From Anaeramoeba ignava BMAN (taxonomy: Eukaryota > Protista > Anaeramoebae), in the NCBI GenBank assembly GCA_028826165.1, contig JAPDFW010000070.1, positions 744,001 to 808,000 on the forward strand: a DNA stretch of 64,000 nt, written 5' to 3'. Every line of letters begins with the position of its first letter. Position 1 is the first letter of the stretch. The position numbers were made by a program, and so were the translations under genes. Below the pieces are notes generated by a model. That model had not been told where the DNA came from and did no database searches. It worked only from the letters and a program-made list of their open reading frames with translations. Below are positions 25,112-38,438 of the stretch, one piece after another.

Positions 25112-28100
25112 TCATAATCTCGAAAATGAACTTGTTTTGAATTTGAATTTGAATTTGAATTTGAATTTGAATTTGAATTTGAATTTGAATTTGATCTTGA
25201 ATTTGATTCTTGAATTTGAATTTGAATTTGAATTTGATTTTGAATTTGAATTTGAATTTGATCTTGAATTTGATCTTGAATTTGATCTTGAATTTGATCT
25301 TGAATTTGATCTTGAATTTGAATTTGGAGAAATATTTGAAATTTGTTCATTTTGAGTATTTTTTTGATCTAAGTTTCTAAAAAGTAGAGATTGCTTTTCA
25401 TCTCTTGAATTTTTTAAACGCGAATTTGGGAATGAATTTGTTTTTGAATTCTGAACATTAATTGAATTATTAATTTGAGATGAATTCCCAGAAAATTGTG
25501 AAAAGAATGGTGTCATTTTAGATGAAGTTCGTGAATTTGGTGAATAAACTATTCCATTCGAATCTTCCATGTCTGATTCATTTAAAGTTTGTAAATTATT
25601 TTGATTTTGATTTTGATTTAAATTTAAATTTGGATTTGATTTGGATTTGAATTTGGATTTGAATTTGGATTTGAATTTGGATTTGAATTTGAATTTGAAT
25701 TTGGATTTGAATTTGGATTTGAATTTGAAATTTGGATTTGAATTTGAACTTCTTTGTCTTGAATTCGAATTTGAACTTCTGTGTCTTGAATTTGGACTTG
25801 AACTTCTTTGTCTTGAATTTGAATTTGAACTTCTTTGTCTTGAATTTGGACTTGAACTTCTTTGTCTTGAATTTGAATTTAAATTTAAATTTGGATTTGG
25901 ATTTGAATTTGAATTTGAATTTGAATTTGAATTTGGATTTGGATTTGGATTTGGATTTGAATTTGAATTTGAATTTGAATTTGAATTTGAATTTGGATTT
26001 GAATTTGAATTTAAATTTGAATTTGAATTTGAATTTGAATTTGGATTTGGATTTGAATTTGAATTTGAATTTGAATTTGAATTTGAATTTGGATTTGAAC
26101 TTGAATTTGAATTTGAATTTAAATTTGGAATTCTTTGTTTTGAATTTGGACTTGAACTTCTTTGTCTTGAATTTGGACTTGAACTTCTTTGTCTTGAATT
26201 TGAATTTGGATTTGAATTTGAATTTGAATTTGAATTTGAATTTGAATTTGAATTTGAATTTGGATTTAAATTTGAATTTGGATTTGAATTTGGATTTTTA
26301 TTCGAATTTGAATTTAAAATTTGATTTTGATTTGAATTTTGATTTGAATTTTGATTTATTGTTTTGAGATTTGGACTTCGAGGTGATGATAAATTTTTTA
26401 TATCTGGAATAATTAAATGTCTTGAATTTAAATTCCTGGAATTATTCAAATTATTCAAATTATTCAAATTATTCAAATTATTAGAATTATTAGAATTATT
26501 AGAATTATTCAAATTATTAGAATTATTCAAATTATTAGAATTATTCAAATTATTCAAATTATTAGAATTATTCAATTTATTAGAATTATTCAAATTATTC
26601 AAATTATTCAAATTATTAGAATTATTCAAATTATTCAAATTATTCAAATTATTCAAATTATTCAAATTATTAGAATTATTCAAATTATTAGAATTATTAG
26701 AATTATTCAAATTATTCAAATTATTAGAATTATTCAAATTATTCAAATTATTAGAATTATTAGAATTATTAGAATTATTCAAATTATTCAAATTATTCAA
26801 ATTATTCAATTTATTGAAATTATTATTCAAATTATTAAAATTATTGGAATTATTCAAATTATTCAAATTATTGGAATTATTAGAATTATTAGAATTATTC
26901 AAATTATTCAAATTATTCAAATTATTGGAATTATTCAAATTATTCAAATTATTCAAATTATTCAAATTATTCAAATTATTCAAATTATTCAAATTATTCA
27001 AATTATTGGAATTATTCAAATTATTGGAATTATTCAAATTATTGGAATTATTAAAATTATTCAAATTATTCAAATTATTAAAATTATTCAAATTATTGGA
27101 ATTATTAGAATTATTAGAATTATTAGAGGTTGAATTTGAATTAGTATTTGAAATGGATATAGTAATTGATTTTGAATCAGTTTTATTTGCTATCATATTC
27201 TTTTCATTTGAAACTTGATTGAATATATTTATTAAGTTCCGTTGATTTAAATTTTGATTTAAATTTTGATTTAAATTTTGATTTAAATTTTGATTTGAAT
27301 TTTGATTCTTTTGATTTGAAATTCGATTTAAATTTTGATTTGAAATTGATTTAAATTTTGATTTAAATTTTGATTTAAATTTTGATTTGAATTTTGATTT
27401 GAAATTCGATTTAAATTTTGATTTGAATTTTGATTTGAATTTTGATTTGAAATTTGATTTAAATTTTGATTTAAATTTTGATTTAAATTTTGATTTAAAT
27501 TTTGGTTTAAATTTTGATTTGAATTTTGATTTAAATTTTGATTTGAAATTCGATTTAAATTTTGATTTGAATTTTGATTTGAATTTTGATTTGAAATTCG
27601 ATTTAAATTTTGATTTGAATTTTGATTTAAATTTTGATTTAAATTTTGATTTGAAATTCGATTTAAATTTTGATTCTTTTCTGAATCAGACCAATTTTCG
27701 AGATCAATCTCTTTTGAATTATTTTTGGATTCAACTTTTGGTTCTAATTCCATTTTTGATTCCAATTCAATTTTCTCATCATAAACATTATCTTTTTCCA
27801 AAAAAACTTGTTTGAGTAGTCGAAACTGCTCAATATTTGATTCTTTTTGTTCGTTTTTCTTCACAATATACTCTTTATAACTTACATCCTTAACACTAAC
27901 CAGCTCAAAAACCTTTTCAATAAATTGATGATTTTTAGTGAATAATATTAATTGAAATGGGATCCAATGTTTGTAATCCTTTTTTGAAACAATTTCAGCA
28001 CACAAATTGGCAAACCTATTAATATTATCATGATCCAAATTCTTTGTTGGGTCTTCGATTACAAGAAAAGGGTTTGAAGAGCAAAAACACTCACAAAGAA

Positions 28101-30783
28101 CAATTCTTAAGATTATTGAGGCAATTTTTCTTTCTGATTTACTTGTTTCAAAAAGAAAACTTACTGGTTTTTGGTCGCGAAAAGCTATAAATTCAAACTC
28201 AAATAAATCTTTAATATCCTCAAATCTTTCTTCTTCATTTTTGAGTTGGGTTGGTATGTTATTACTCATTTTACTTTGTTTATTCCTTACTCTTATTGAG
28301 CTGATCTTTGATCTTGATGAAAACATGCTCCAATAAAATTGTAGCAAGTCATTAATTCTGTCCAAATTTTTATTTGTTATTTTTTTGATTTCTTCAATTA
28401 CGATATCCTTTAATTTTCGTAGTTTTTCAATCGATTTTCCAATATTAGACATTTCCTTTCGAATGTGATTTTTGCCTTTTCGTTGGTTTATTTGCTCTAA
28501 ATCTTCAACTTCCTTTTTGGTATTTTCAATAGCCACTTTTAATTTTGTAATTACTAGTGGGTTTACTGGTTGTTTTTCAAAGCGTTCTTTATTCCTATTT
28601 TCAATTAGATTCTTTTCTCGTTCAAATGCTAATTTCTCTTGACTAAATTGTTCAATGATGTTTCTAATTTCTTCAATTCGTTTTCCAATACTTGAAATTT
28701 GGGAATCCAATTCATTGATTTTCTTAATTTTCTCTTCATTAACTTGATTTAAATAATTTTCTTTTTCTTCGTGATTTTTTTGTATCAACCCCATTTGTTT
28801 TTCAATTTCAATCTGATTTTCCAGTTTTTCTTTTAGTTCAATCAGATGAAATGGAGCCTTGTCTAGCAACCTCTGCTCTTTTTCTATCTCAATTTTTAAA
28901 GATGTTAAAGTAGTTTCCTTGATTTTTTTCTTTACTTCGTTCAATTTCTCTAAACTCTTTTGCTCTTTTGTTTTTTCTTGGGGTAAATCAGTTTGTTGTT
29001 TCAAAAGAGATGCTTTTGCCAAATAATCCCTGACATTTTGATGGATTTGCAGAAAAGAATTTAAAAGATCCAAATTTTTCTCGATGAGTGTTTCTTGTTC
29101 ATCATTCCCTATGTTTGCCTTGTGAATATCCTTATAAATGGACTGAATTTCCAATCTTGGATAAATATTGAATTGTTGTGATTGTAATTTTTGAAATCTC
29201 AGCAAATTTTGGTAATTCTCTCTTAATTTTTGAATAAGTTCTTTATTTTGTTCTTGATTTTTGACTAATCCCAAAAATTGTTTTTGTGCAAAACAAATTT
29301 TCCTTAAAGCTTCTAAATGCAGTGTTAATATCTCATCTCCAATATTAAATGGGAGTAAACTTTCGTGTTTTTTTCTAAATTCAACGCAGTATTGATTTAA
29401 ATCAAATTCAGAAAAATGAATTTTCCAAATTGTGAATAAACCACAAATAACAGAAACATGATTTTTTGCTTGATTTGCTAATTTGGTTTTATATAGATTT
29501 AAAGTGAAATTCTTTTCTTGAAATGCTTTTGGAGAATATAAAATTTTGGTTTTGTAATAATTTTTCTTCCTCACGTTTGTTTCTAAATAAGCCTCTTTTT
29601 CTTCTAATGATTGGATTTTTTGTTCAATTTCCTTTTTTTTCTCTTTCATTTTTTGCTTCATTTCAATTGTTTTTTCTTTAATAAAAACTGAAATCTGAGA
29701 TGAATTTTTTTTATTGATCAATTCTTGAGGAATGTCCACTTTTTTGGAATATTTTTCAACTTGAACAAAATTTTCTCTTAATTGGACACCCTTTTCTTCA
29801 AATACTTTTTTCATTTGCATCAATTCATTTTGAATTTCTTTCATTTTTGTGTCGTAGAAAAATTTCACTTTGTTTATTTCGCTCAAGATATTATTTTTCT
29901 CATCCATTAATTGTTCTGTATTTCTCATTGATCCTTGAATACTTTCGTTGCTTTGAGCTATTTTTTGCTCCAAAATATGGATTTTTGAAATGTTTTCTTC
30001 ATTTTCCATTGATTCTTGATAAAGTGTTTCCCAGGTTTTCAATATCTCTCTCTTTCTTTCAATTTCCTCTGAAACATGTTTTTTGTGATATGCTTTTTGA
30101 TTCTTTTTTGAATTCTGAGATTTTGATTTTAGTTTTGAATTTGATTTTGATTTTGATTTTGATTTTGATTTATTTTGAATTAAATCTTGTTTTTGAGTAT
30201 TTAATTCATCAATCTTCTCATAAATCTTTTGAATCCGTATTTTTGAAATTTCAAATCCTAATATTTTGGTCATCATTGTTGAAAAAGTTGGCTTATTGTC
30301 TTTCCTTAAATATGAAAACACATTACAAGTTTTAGTTGGAAAAACAACCATTTGGAAAAAAAGTGGATCAACATTAAAATATTTGGCAATTTCTTCTTTG
30401 CATTGATTCTGAGTTTTTTCAGATGAATTAAGGGGCATACTTTGATTGAAATACACAGGCAAAGAAGTAGTATCCATAAAAACTTTCCAATTAATCCTAA
30501 AACAATAACCACCTTTTTGGTAAAATGAATAATCAATTCCTCCAGGTTCATTTTTTTCCTCAATTTTCTTTGTGTGAAGGATGTGATATTTTGCATTATC
30601 TGGATATCCCGAAAATGTTAATCCTATTCTCATAATTTCTTGGATTGTTCTTACTCCGGATGAGTTCTCTCCGTTTATAATGGTTAATCCTTCTGAAAAT
30701 TGGATTTCTTGTTTTTTATCAGTTGAAAAATTTCTAAATCCAGAAAATTGAAAATTTTTGAAATATTTTCTGTTTTGGATCAT
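25112..30783 (-). CDS. Degenerate Rad50/SbcC-like protein with long Asn/Ser-rich tail
   Basis: N-terminal GFRNF..IQFSEGLTIINGENSSGVRT, a coiled coil, then C-terminal SKSERKIASIILRIVLCECF..LVIEDPTKNLD..FQLILFTK. A single indel near 27345 joins it to ORF 25112-27196. Confidence 0.75.
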
Positions 30784-30951
30784 GTTTAAAATAAAAATAA
30801 AAACAAAAACAAAAATAAAAATAAGAATAAAAAGTGAAAAAAAAAATGAAAAAAAAACTTTTAACGATTGTTTGTTTTTTTTATAAAACCAAAAATATCC
30901 ACTTTTTTTTAACGATTGTTTTTTTTTTTTTTTAAACAAACAATTTTAAAT

Positions 30952-31545
30952 TTAAAATATAAAACAATTTGAATTATTTTTTTTTGGAATTTGAATATTT
31001 GAATTTGAATTTGGATTTGGATTTAAATCTAAATCAAAAGGATATTTTCTAATTTCTCTTAAAAGTGTAAAAATAGTTTCTTCAATATTATATCTTGTTT
31101 TAGCAGATGTTTCATAAAAAGGACATCCATGTTTAATTGCAAATTCTTCTCCTTCTTCTTTTTTTATTACTCTTCTATCTTCAAGATCATTTTTGTTTCC
31201 AATAATAATAATAGGAAATTCTTCAACTTCTCTATATTTATAAATTTCATTCAAAAAATTTTCTAATTTATCAAAAGAATATTCATCAGTTATTGAATAA
31301 ACAACAATAAATCCATGTATTCTTTTGTAGAATTCATATTTAAAATAATTCCCCCAATCAAAGTAATAATTATCAAAAATTTCAATATCTATAATTTCAT
31401 TATCAATTTCAACTTGTTTTCTATAAGAATCTTCTATTGTTGGATCATATTCTTCAATAAATTTTGAATAACAGAATTGAATTGTAAATGTTGATTTACC
31501 AACTCCTCCTGCACCAGTTGTTGCAATTTTTACAAAAGGATCCAT
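30952..31545 (-). CDS. Ras-like GTPase, array copy 1
   Basis: [33 protein letters not shown]3 reads DNYYFDW. Confidence 0.92.
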   Translation of the reverse strand: MDPFVKIATTGAGGVGKSTFTIQFCYSKFIEEYDPTIEDSYRKQVEIDNEIIDIEIFDNYYFDWGNYFKYEFYKRIHGFIVVYSITDEYSFDKLENFLNEIYKYREVEEFPIIIIGNKNDLEDRRVIKKEEGEEFAIKHGCPFYETSAKTRYNIEETIFTLLREIRKYPFDLDLNPNPNSNSNIQIPKKNNSNCFIF

Positions 31546-31599
31546 TCCAAATTTTTTTGAAAAATGAAAAAAAAAATGAAAAAATAAAAAAATGAAAAA

Positions 31600-32990
31600 A
31601 TATTAATTTTTTAAAACTAAAAAATATAAAAAGAATAATATATTTTAAAAGAATAATATTTAAATAATAAAAATATTAATAATCTCTAATTAATTATAAT
31701 TAAAAAATTTAATATAAATTAAATAAATTAAAAAAGTGGAATAAACAAAATAAGTAAAAAATAAAATTAAATTGAAAATAAAAAATATAAAAATAATAAT
31801 ATATTTTGAAAGAATAATATTTAAATAATAAAAATATTAATAATATTTAATTAATTATAATTAAAAAATTTAATATAAATTAAAATAAATAAAAATTGGA
31901 ATAAATATTTTAAGTAAAAATAAAATTAAATAAATATAAAAATATGTAAATAATAATATATTTTTGGAAAGAATGATATCTAAATAATAAAAATATTAAT
32001 AATATTTAATTAATTATAATTAAAAATTTTGATATAAATTAAATAAATTAAAAAGTGGAATAAATAAAATAAGTAAAAATAAAATTAAATAAATATAAAA
32101 AATATGTAAATAATAATATATTTTGAAAGAATAATATTTGAATAATAAAAATATTAATAATATTTAATTAATTATAATTAAAAATTTTAATATAAATTAA
32201 ATAAATTAAAAAAGTGGAATAAATAAAATAAGTAAAAAATAAAATTAAATTGAAAATAAAAATATAGAAAGAATAATATATTTTGAAAGAATAATATTTA
32301 AATAATAAAAATATTAATAATATTTAATTAATTATAATTAAAAATTTGATATAAATTAAATAAAAATAAATTTAATAAAATTTAAATAAATATATTAAAT
32401 TAAATATAAAAAATATAAAAGAATAATATATTTTAAAAGAATAATATCTAAATAATAAAAATATTAATAAAATCTCTAATTAATTATAATTAAAAAATTT
32501 TGATATAAATTAAATAAATTAAAAAGTGGAAAAAATGAAAAATAAAAAAAAAAATATTAAATTTTTAAAAATAAAAATATAAAAATAATAATATATTTTG
32601 AAAGAATAATATTTAAATAATAAAAAAATATTAATAATATTTAATTAATTATAATTAAAAAATTTAATATAAATTAAATAAAATATTTTAAATAAAAATA
32701 AAATTTAATAAAATTTAAATAAATATATTAATTTTTTAAAATATAAAAAATATGTAAATAATAATATATTTTAAAAGAATAATATCTGAATAATAAAAAT
32801 ATTAATAATATTTAATTAATTATAATTAAAAATTTTAATATAAATTAAATAAAATATTTTAAATAAAAATAAAATTTAATAAAATTTAAATAAATATATT
32901 AATTTTTTTAAAAAAAAAATAAGAAATAATAATAATTTTAAAAAAATAATATCTAAAAAAATTAAAAATATTAATAATAATACATAATTA
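31600..32990. repeat. AT-rich complex satellite, copy B
   Basis: Same blocks as 19470-21495. Confidence 0.9.
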
Positions 32991-32991
32991 A

Positions 32992-33063
32992 AAATTAAAA
33001 ATTTATATAAATTAAACTAATTAAAAATGTTTGTAAACGGGGTTAAATAAAAATAAAAATGCA
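32992..33063 (+). pseudogene. tRNA-Gly remnant
   Basis: GTTTGT..CGGGGTT..ATGCATAA at the same spacing as the 3' half of the tRNA at 46961, in the same satellite context. Confidence 0.45.
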
Positions 33064-33391
33064 TAAATTTAAAAATTAATTTTTCTTTTTATTTTGAAAG
33101 AATAATATTTGAATAATAAAAATTTAATTATTTAATTATTTATTAATTAAAAATTTTTATTTTAAATTTTATAAATAAAACTTTTTTTAAATAAAATATT
33201 AAAAATTAAATTAAATTCTTTATAATTTATTCATAGAAAGAATTTATTTATTTATTTTTTAAATAATTTTTATTTATTTAATAAAATTTAATTTAATTCT
33301 TTATTTTATTTATTTATTTTATTAAATTAAATTTATTTTTATTCAAATAAATCAATTTAATTTCAAAAACAAAAATAATAAATAAAATCAA

Positions 33392-34010
33392 TTTAAAATA
33401 TTAAGCAATTTGATTTGGAATTTGATTTGGAATTTGAATTTGAATTTGAATTTAATCAAAAATTTGAATTTGAATTTGATTTGTGGAATTTAAATTTAAA
33501 TCAAAAGGATATTAAAATAATTTCTTTTGAAAAATAGTAAAAATAAATTCTTCAACATTATATCTTGTTTTAAAGATGTTTCATAAAAGGACATCCATGT
33601 TTAATTGCAAATTCTTCTCCTTCTTCTTTTAAAATTTAAATAAATATTAATTTTTAAAAATAAAAATAAGAAAAATAATTTAAACTTTTTATATTTATAA
33701 ATTTCTTTCAAAAATTTTCTAATTCATTAAAAGAATTTTTATCATTTATTGAATAAACAACAATAAATCCATAATTTTTCAAATTCATTTTTTTTATTAT
33801 TTTCAGTCCAATTTTCATTTAAATAATAAATTAATTTAAAATATCATTTATTTAAAGCATCTTCAATTGTTACAACTTGTTTTCTAAAAGAATCTTGTAT
33901 TGTTGGATCATAATTTTCATCTATTTATTGAATAACAAATTTGAATTATAAATTTTGATTTTCCACTTTTATATTTAAATATTAAATTAATTTAATTCTT
34001 TATTTATTTA
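33392..34010 (-). pseudogene. Degenerate Ras-like copy interleaved with satellite sequence
   Basis: Patches nearly identical to copy 34112-34729 ([24 protein letters not shown]), broken by stops and satellite patches. Confidence 0.7.
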
Positions 34011-34111
34011 TATTTTTTTTTATTTTTAAAATTTAAAAAAATGAAAAATGAAAAAATGAAAAATAAATTTTTAATTCAAATAAATCAATCTAATTTCAAA
34101 ACAAAATCAAT

Positions 34112-34729
34112 TTAAAATATTAAACAATTTGATTTGGAATTTGAATTTGAATTTGATTTTGAATTTGAATTTGAATTTGAATTTGAATTTGAATTTGGAT
34201 TTGAATTTAAATTTAAATCAAAAGGATATTTTCTAATTTCTCTTAAAAGAGTAAAAATAGATTCTTCAACATTATATCTTGTTTTAGCAGATGTTTCATA
34301 AAAAGGACATCCATGTTTAATTGCAAATTCTTCTCCTTCTTCTTTTTTTATTTGTCTTTGATCTTCAAGATCGTTTTTATTTCCAATAATAATAATAGGA
34401 AATTCATAAACTTTTTTATATTTATAAATTTCGTTCAAAAAATTTTCTAATTCATTAAAAGAATTTTTATCATTTATTGAATAAACAACAATAAATCCAT
34501 GAGTTTTTTCATAACTCATTTGCTTATAAAAATCAGTCCAATCTTCACAATAATAATAATCTAAAATATCAAGTGTTAAAGCATCTTCATCAATTACAAC
34601 TTGTTTTCTAAAAGAATCTTGTATTGTTGGATCATATTCCTCAATAAAATGTGAATAACAAAATTGATGAATAAATGTTGATTTACCAACTCCTCCATTT
34701 CCAATTATTGAAATTATTATTAAATCCAT
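34112..34729 (-). CDS. Ras-like GTPase, array copy
   Basis: GNGGVGKS, YDPTIQD, G3 DYYYCEDW, CLIF. Confidence 0.92.
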   Translation of the reverse strand: MDLIIISIIGNGGVGKSTFIHQFCYSHFIEEYDPTIQDSFRKQVVIDEDALTLDILDYYYCEDWTDFYKQMSYEKTHGFIVVYSINDKNSFNELENFLNEIYKYKKVYEFPIIIIGNKNDLEDQRQIKKEEGEEFAIKHGCPFYETSAKTRYNVEESIFTLLREIRKYPFDLNLNSNPNSNSNSNSNSNSKSNSNSNSKSNCLIF

Positions 34730-34840
34730 TTTATTTTTAAAATTTAAAAAAATGAAAAATGAAAAATGAAAAATGAAAAATAAATTTTAATTCAAATAAA
34801 TAAATCAAATATCAAAACAAAATAATAAATAAAAATCAAT

Positions 34841-35469
34841 TTAAAATATTAAACAATTTGATTTTGAATTTGATTTGAATTTGATTTTGAATTTGATTTG
34901 GAATTTGAATTTGAATTTGAATTTGAATTTGAATTTGATTTTGGATTTAATTCTGAATCAAAAGGATATTTTCTAATTTCTCTTAAAAGTGTAAAAATAG
35001 TTTCATCAATATTATATCTTGTTTTAGCAGATGTTTCAAAAAAAGGACAAAAATATTTAATTGCAAATTCTTCTCCTTCTTCTTTTGTTATTACTCTTTG
35101 GTCTTCAAGATCATTTTTATTTCCAATAATAATAATAGGAAAATCATCAGTTTTTTTAAATTTATAAATTTCTTTCAAATAATTTTCTAATTCATTAAAA
35201 GAATATTTATCATTCATTGAATAAACAACAATAAATCCATCTGTTTTTTCATAATTTCCTCTTTTGTAATAATCATTCCAATCATCATAATAATAATAAT
35301 CTAAAATTTCTATAATTAAAATTTCATCATCAATTTCAATTTGTTTTCTATAAATATCTTCTATTGTTGGATCATATTCCTCAATAAAATGTGAATAACA
35401 AAATTGTTCAATAACTGATTTTTTACCAACTCCTCCATTTCCAATTAATAAAATTTTTATTGGATTCAT
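34841..35469 (-). CDS. Ras-like GTPase, array copy (tail frameshift)
   Basis: GNGGVGKKS, G3 DYYYYDDW. CLIF-stop at 34841 is in another frame. Confidence 0.88.
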
Positions 35470-35555
35470 TTTATTTTTAAAATTTAAAAAAATGAAAAAA
35501 TGAAAAAATGAAAAATCAATTTAATATCAAAACAAAATAATAAATAAAAATCAAT

Positions 35556-36211
35556 TTAAAATATTAAACAATTTGATTTGAAAAAATTTGAATTTGAATT
35601 TGGAATTTGAATTTGAATTTGAATTTGATTTTGATTTTGAATTTGAATTTGAATTTGAATTTGAATTTGAATTTGAATTTGAATTTAAATCAAAAGGATA
35701 TTTTCTAATTTCTCTTAAAAGTGTAAAAATAGTTTCATCAATATTATATCTTGTTTTAGCAGATGTTTCATAAAAAGGGCATCCATGTTTAATTGCAAAT
35801 TCTTCTCCTTCTTCTTTTTTTTATTTGTCTTTGGTCTTCAAGATCATTTTTATTTCCAATAATAATAATAGGAAAATCATCAGTTTTTTTATATTTATAA
35901 ATTTTATTCAAATAATTTTCTAATTCATCAAAAGAATATTTATCAATTATTGAATAAACAACAATAAATCCATGTGATTTTTCATAATTTTCTTGTTGGA
36001 AGTTATAATTCCATTCACTATCATAACAAGATCCAAAATCTAAAATTTCAATAAATTAAAATTTCATTATCAATTTCAAAACTTGTTTTCTATAAGAATC
36101 TTCTATTGTTGGATCATAATATTGAATAACATTTGGACAACAAAATTGAGTTGTAAATGTTGTTTTCCCAACTCCTCCATTTCCAATTATTGAAATTATT
36201 ATTAAATCCAT
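35556..36211 (-). CDS. Ras-like GTPase, array copy (multiple frameshifts; may be a pseudogene)
   Basis: [11 protein letters not shown]3 DFGSCYDSEW, CLIF. Indels fall in homopolymers. Confidence 0.7.
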
Positions 36212-36325
36212 TTTATTTTTAAAATTTAAAAAAATGAAAAAATGAAAAAATGAAAAAATAAAAAATAAATTTTTAATTCAAATAAATCAATCAAATTTCA
36301 AAATAAAATAATAAATAAAATCAAT

Positions 36326-36913
36326 TTAAAATATTAAACAATTTGATTTGGAATTTGATTTGGAATTTGAATTTGAATTTGAATTTGAATTTAAATTTAA
36401 ATCAAAAGGATATTTTCTAATTTCTCTTAAAAGTGTAAAAACAGTTTCTTCAACATTACTTCTTGTTTTAGCAGATGTTTCAAAAAAAGGACAAAAATAT
36501 TTATTTGCAAATTCTTCTCCTTCTTCTTTTGTTATTACTCTTTGGTCTTCAAGATCATTTTTATTTCCAATAATAATAATAGGAAATTCCTCAACTTCTC
36601 TATATTTATAAATTTCATTCAAATAATTTTCTAATTCATTAAAAGAATATTTATCATTTATTGAATAAACAACAATAAATCCATGTGGTTCTTGATAAAT
36701 TCTTTGTTTCATATAATCAAGATCACCCCAATAATCCATATAATTCGCAAATTCAATAATTAAAATTTCATTATCAATTACAACTTGTTTTCTATAAGAA
36801 TCTTCTATTCCTCGATCATAATATTGAATAAATTGTGAATAACAGAATTGTTCAATAACTGATTTTTTTCCAACTCCTCCATTTCCAATTATTAAAATTT
36901 TTATTGGATTCAT
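36326..36913 (-). CDS. Ras-like GTPase, array copy
   Basis: GKKS, YDRGIED, G3 ANYMDYWGD, CLIF. Confidence 0.92.
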   Translation of the reverse strand: MNPIKILIIGNGGVGKKSVIEQFCYSQFIQYYDRGIEDSYRKQVVIDNEILIIEFANYMDYWGDLDYMKQRIYQEPHGFIVVYSINDKYSFNELENYLNEIYKYREVEEFPIIIIGNKNDLEDQRVITKEEGEEFANKYFCPFFETSAKTRSNVEETVFTLLREIRKYPFDLNLNSNSNSNSNSKSNSKSNCLIF

Positions 36914-37020
36914 TTTATTTTTAAAATTTAAAAAAATGAAAAAATGAAAAAATGAAAAAATAAATTTTTAATTCAAATAAATAAATCAAATATCAAAACA
37001 AAATAATAAATAAAATCAAT

Positions 37021-37611
37021 TTAAAATATTAAACAATTTGATTTGGAATTTGAATTTGAATTTGAATTTGAATTTGATTTTGGATTTAATTCTAAATCAA
37101 AAGGATATTTTCTAATTTCTCTTAAAAGTGTAAAAAAAGTTTCATCAATATTATTTCTTGTTTTAGCAGATGTTTCATAAAAAGGACATCCATGCTTAAT
37201 TGCAAATTCATTTCCCTCTTCTTTTTTTATTTGTCTTTTTCTTCAAGATCATTTTTATTTCCAATAATAATAATAGGAAATTCATTAAACTTTTTTATAT
37301 TTATAAATTTTATTCAAATAATTTTCTAATTCATTAAAAGAATTTTTATCATTTATTGAATAAACAACAATAAATCCATGTGATTTTTCATAATTTTCTT
37401 GTTGGAAGTTATAATTCCATTCACTATCATAATAATAATCTAAAATTTCTATAATTAAAATTTCATCATCAATTACAATTTGTTTTCTAAAAGATTCTTC
37501 TATTGTTGGATCATAATATTGAATAAATTTTGAATAACAAAATTGAGTTGTAAATGTTGATTTACCAACTCCTCCATTTCCAATTATTGAAATTATTATT
37601 ATTTTATCCAT
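37021..37611 (-). CDS. Ras-like GTPase, array copy (frameshifted)
   Basis: GKSTF, G3 DYYYDSEW, CLIF. Confidence 0.75.
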
Positions 37612-37725
37612 TTTATTTTTATTTTTAAAATTTAAAAAAATGAAAAAATGAAAAAATGAAAAAATAAATTTTTTATTCAAATAAATCAATCTAATTTCAA
37701 AACAAAATAATAAATAAAAATCAAT

Positions 37726-38325
37726 TTAAAATATTAAACAATTTGATTTGGAATTTGAATTTGAATTTGATTTGAAATTTGATTTTGAATTTGATTTTGA
37801 ATTTGAATTTAAATCAAAAGGATATTTTCTAATTTCTCTTAAAAGTGTAAAAACAGTTTCTTCAATATTATTTCTTGTTTTAGCAGATGTTTCAAAAAAA
37901 GGACAAAAATATTTATTCGCAAATTCTTCTCCTTCTTCTTTTGATATTACTCTTTGTTCTTCAAGATCATTTTTATTTCCAATAATAATAATAGGAAATT
38001 CATTAACTTTTTTAAATTTATAAATTTCTTTCAAATAATTTTCTAATTCATTAAAAGAATATTTATCATTTATTGAATAAACAACAATAAATCCATCTGT
38101 TTTTTCATAATTTCCTCTTTTGTAATAATCAGTACAATCATTATCATAATAATAATCTAAAATTTCTATAATTAAAATTTCATCATCAATTACAACTTGT
38201 TTTCTAAAAGATTCTTCTATTGTTGGATCATAATCTTCAATAAATTTTGAATAACAAAATTGAATTATAAATGTTGATTTACCAACTCCTCCATTTCCAA
38301 TTATTGAAATTTTTATTGGATTCAT
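37726..38325 (-). CDS. Ras-like GTPase, array copy
   Basis: Start MNPIKI at 38325, G3 DYYYDNDC, CLIF. Confidence 0.92.
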   Translation of the reverse strand: MNPIKISIIGNGGVGKSTFIIQFCYSKFIEDYDPTIEESFRKQVVIDDEILIIEILDYYYDNDCTDYYKRGNYEKTDGFIVVYSINDKYSFNELENYLKEIYKFKKVNEFPIIIIGNKNDLEEQRVISKEEGEEFANKYFCPFFETSAKTRNNIEETVFTLLREIRKYPFDLNSNSKSNSKSNFKSNSNSNSKSNCLIF

Positions 38326-38438
38326 TTTATTTTTATTTTTAAAATTTAAAAAAATGAAAAAATGAAAAAATGAAAAAATAAATTTTAATTCAAATAAATC
38401 AATCAAATTTCAAAACAAAATAATAAATAAAAATCAAT

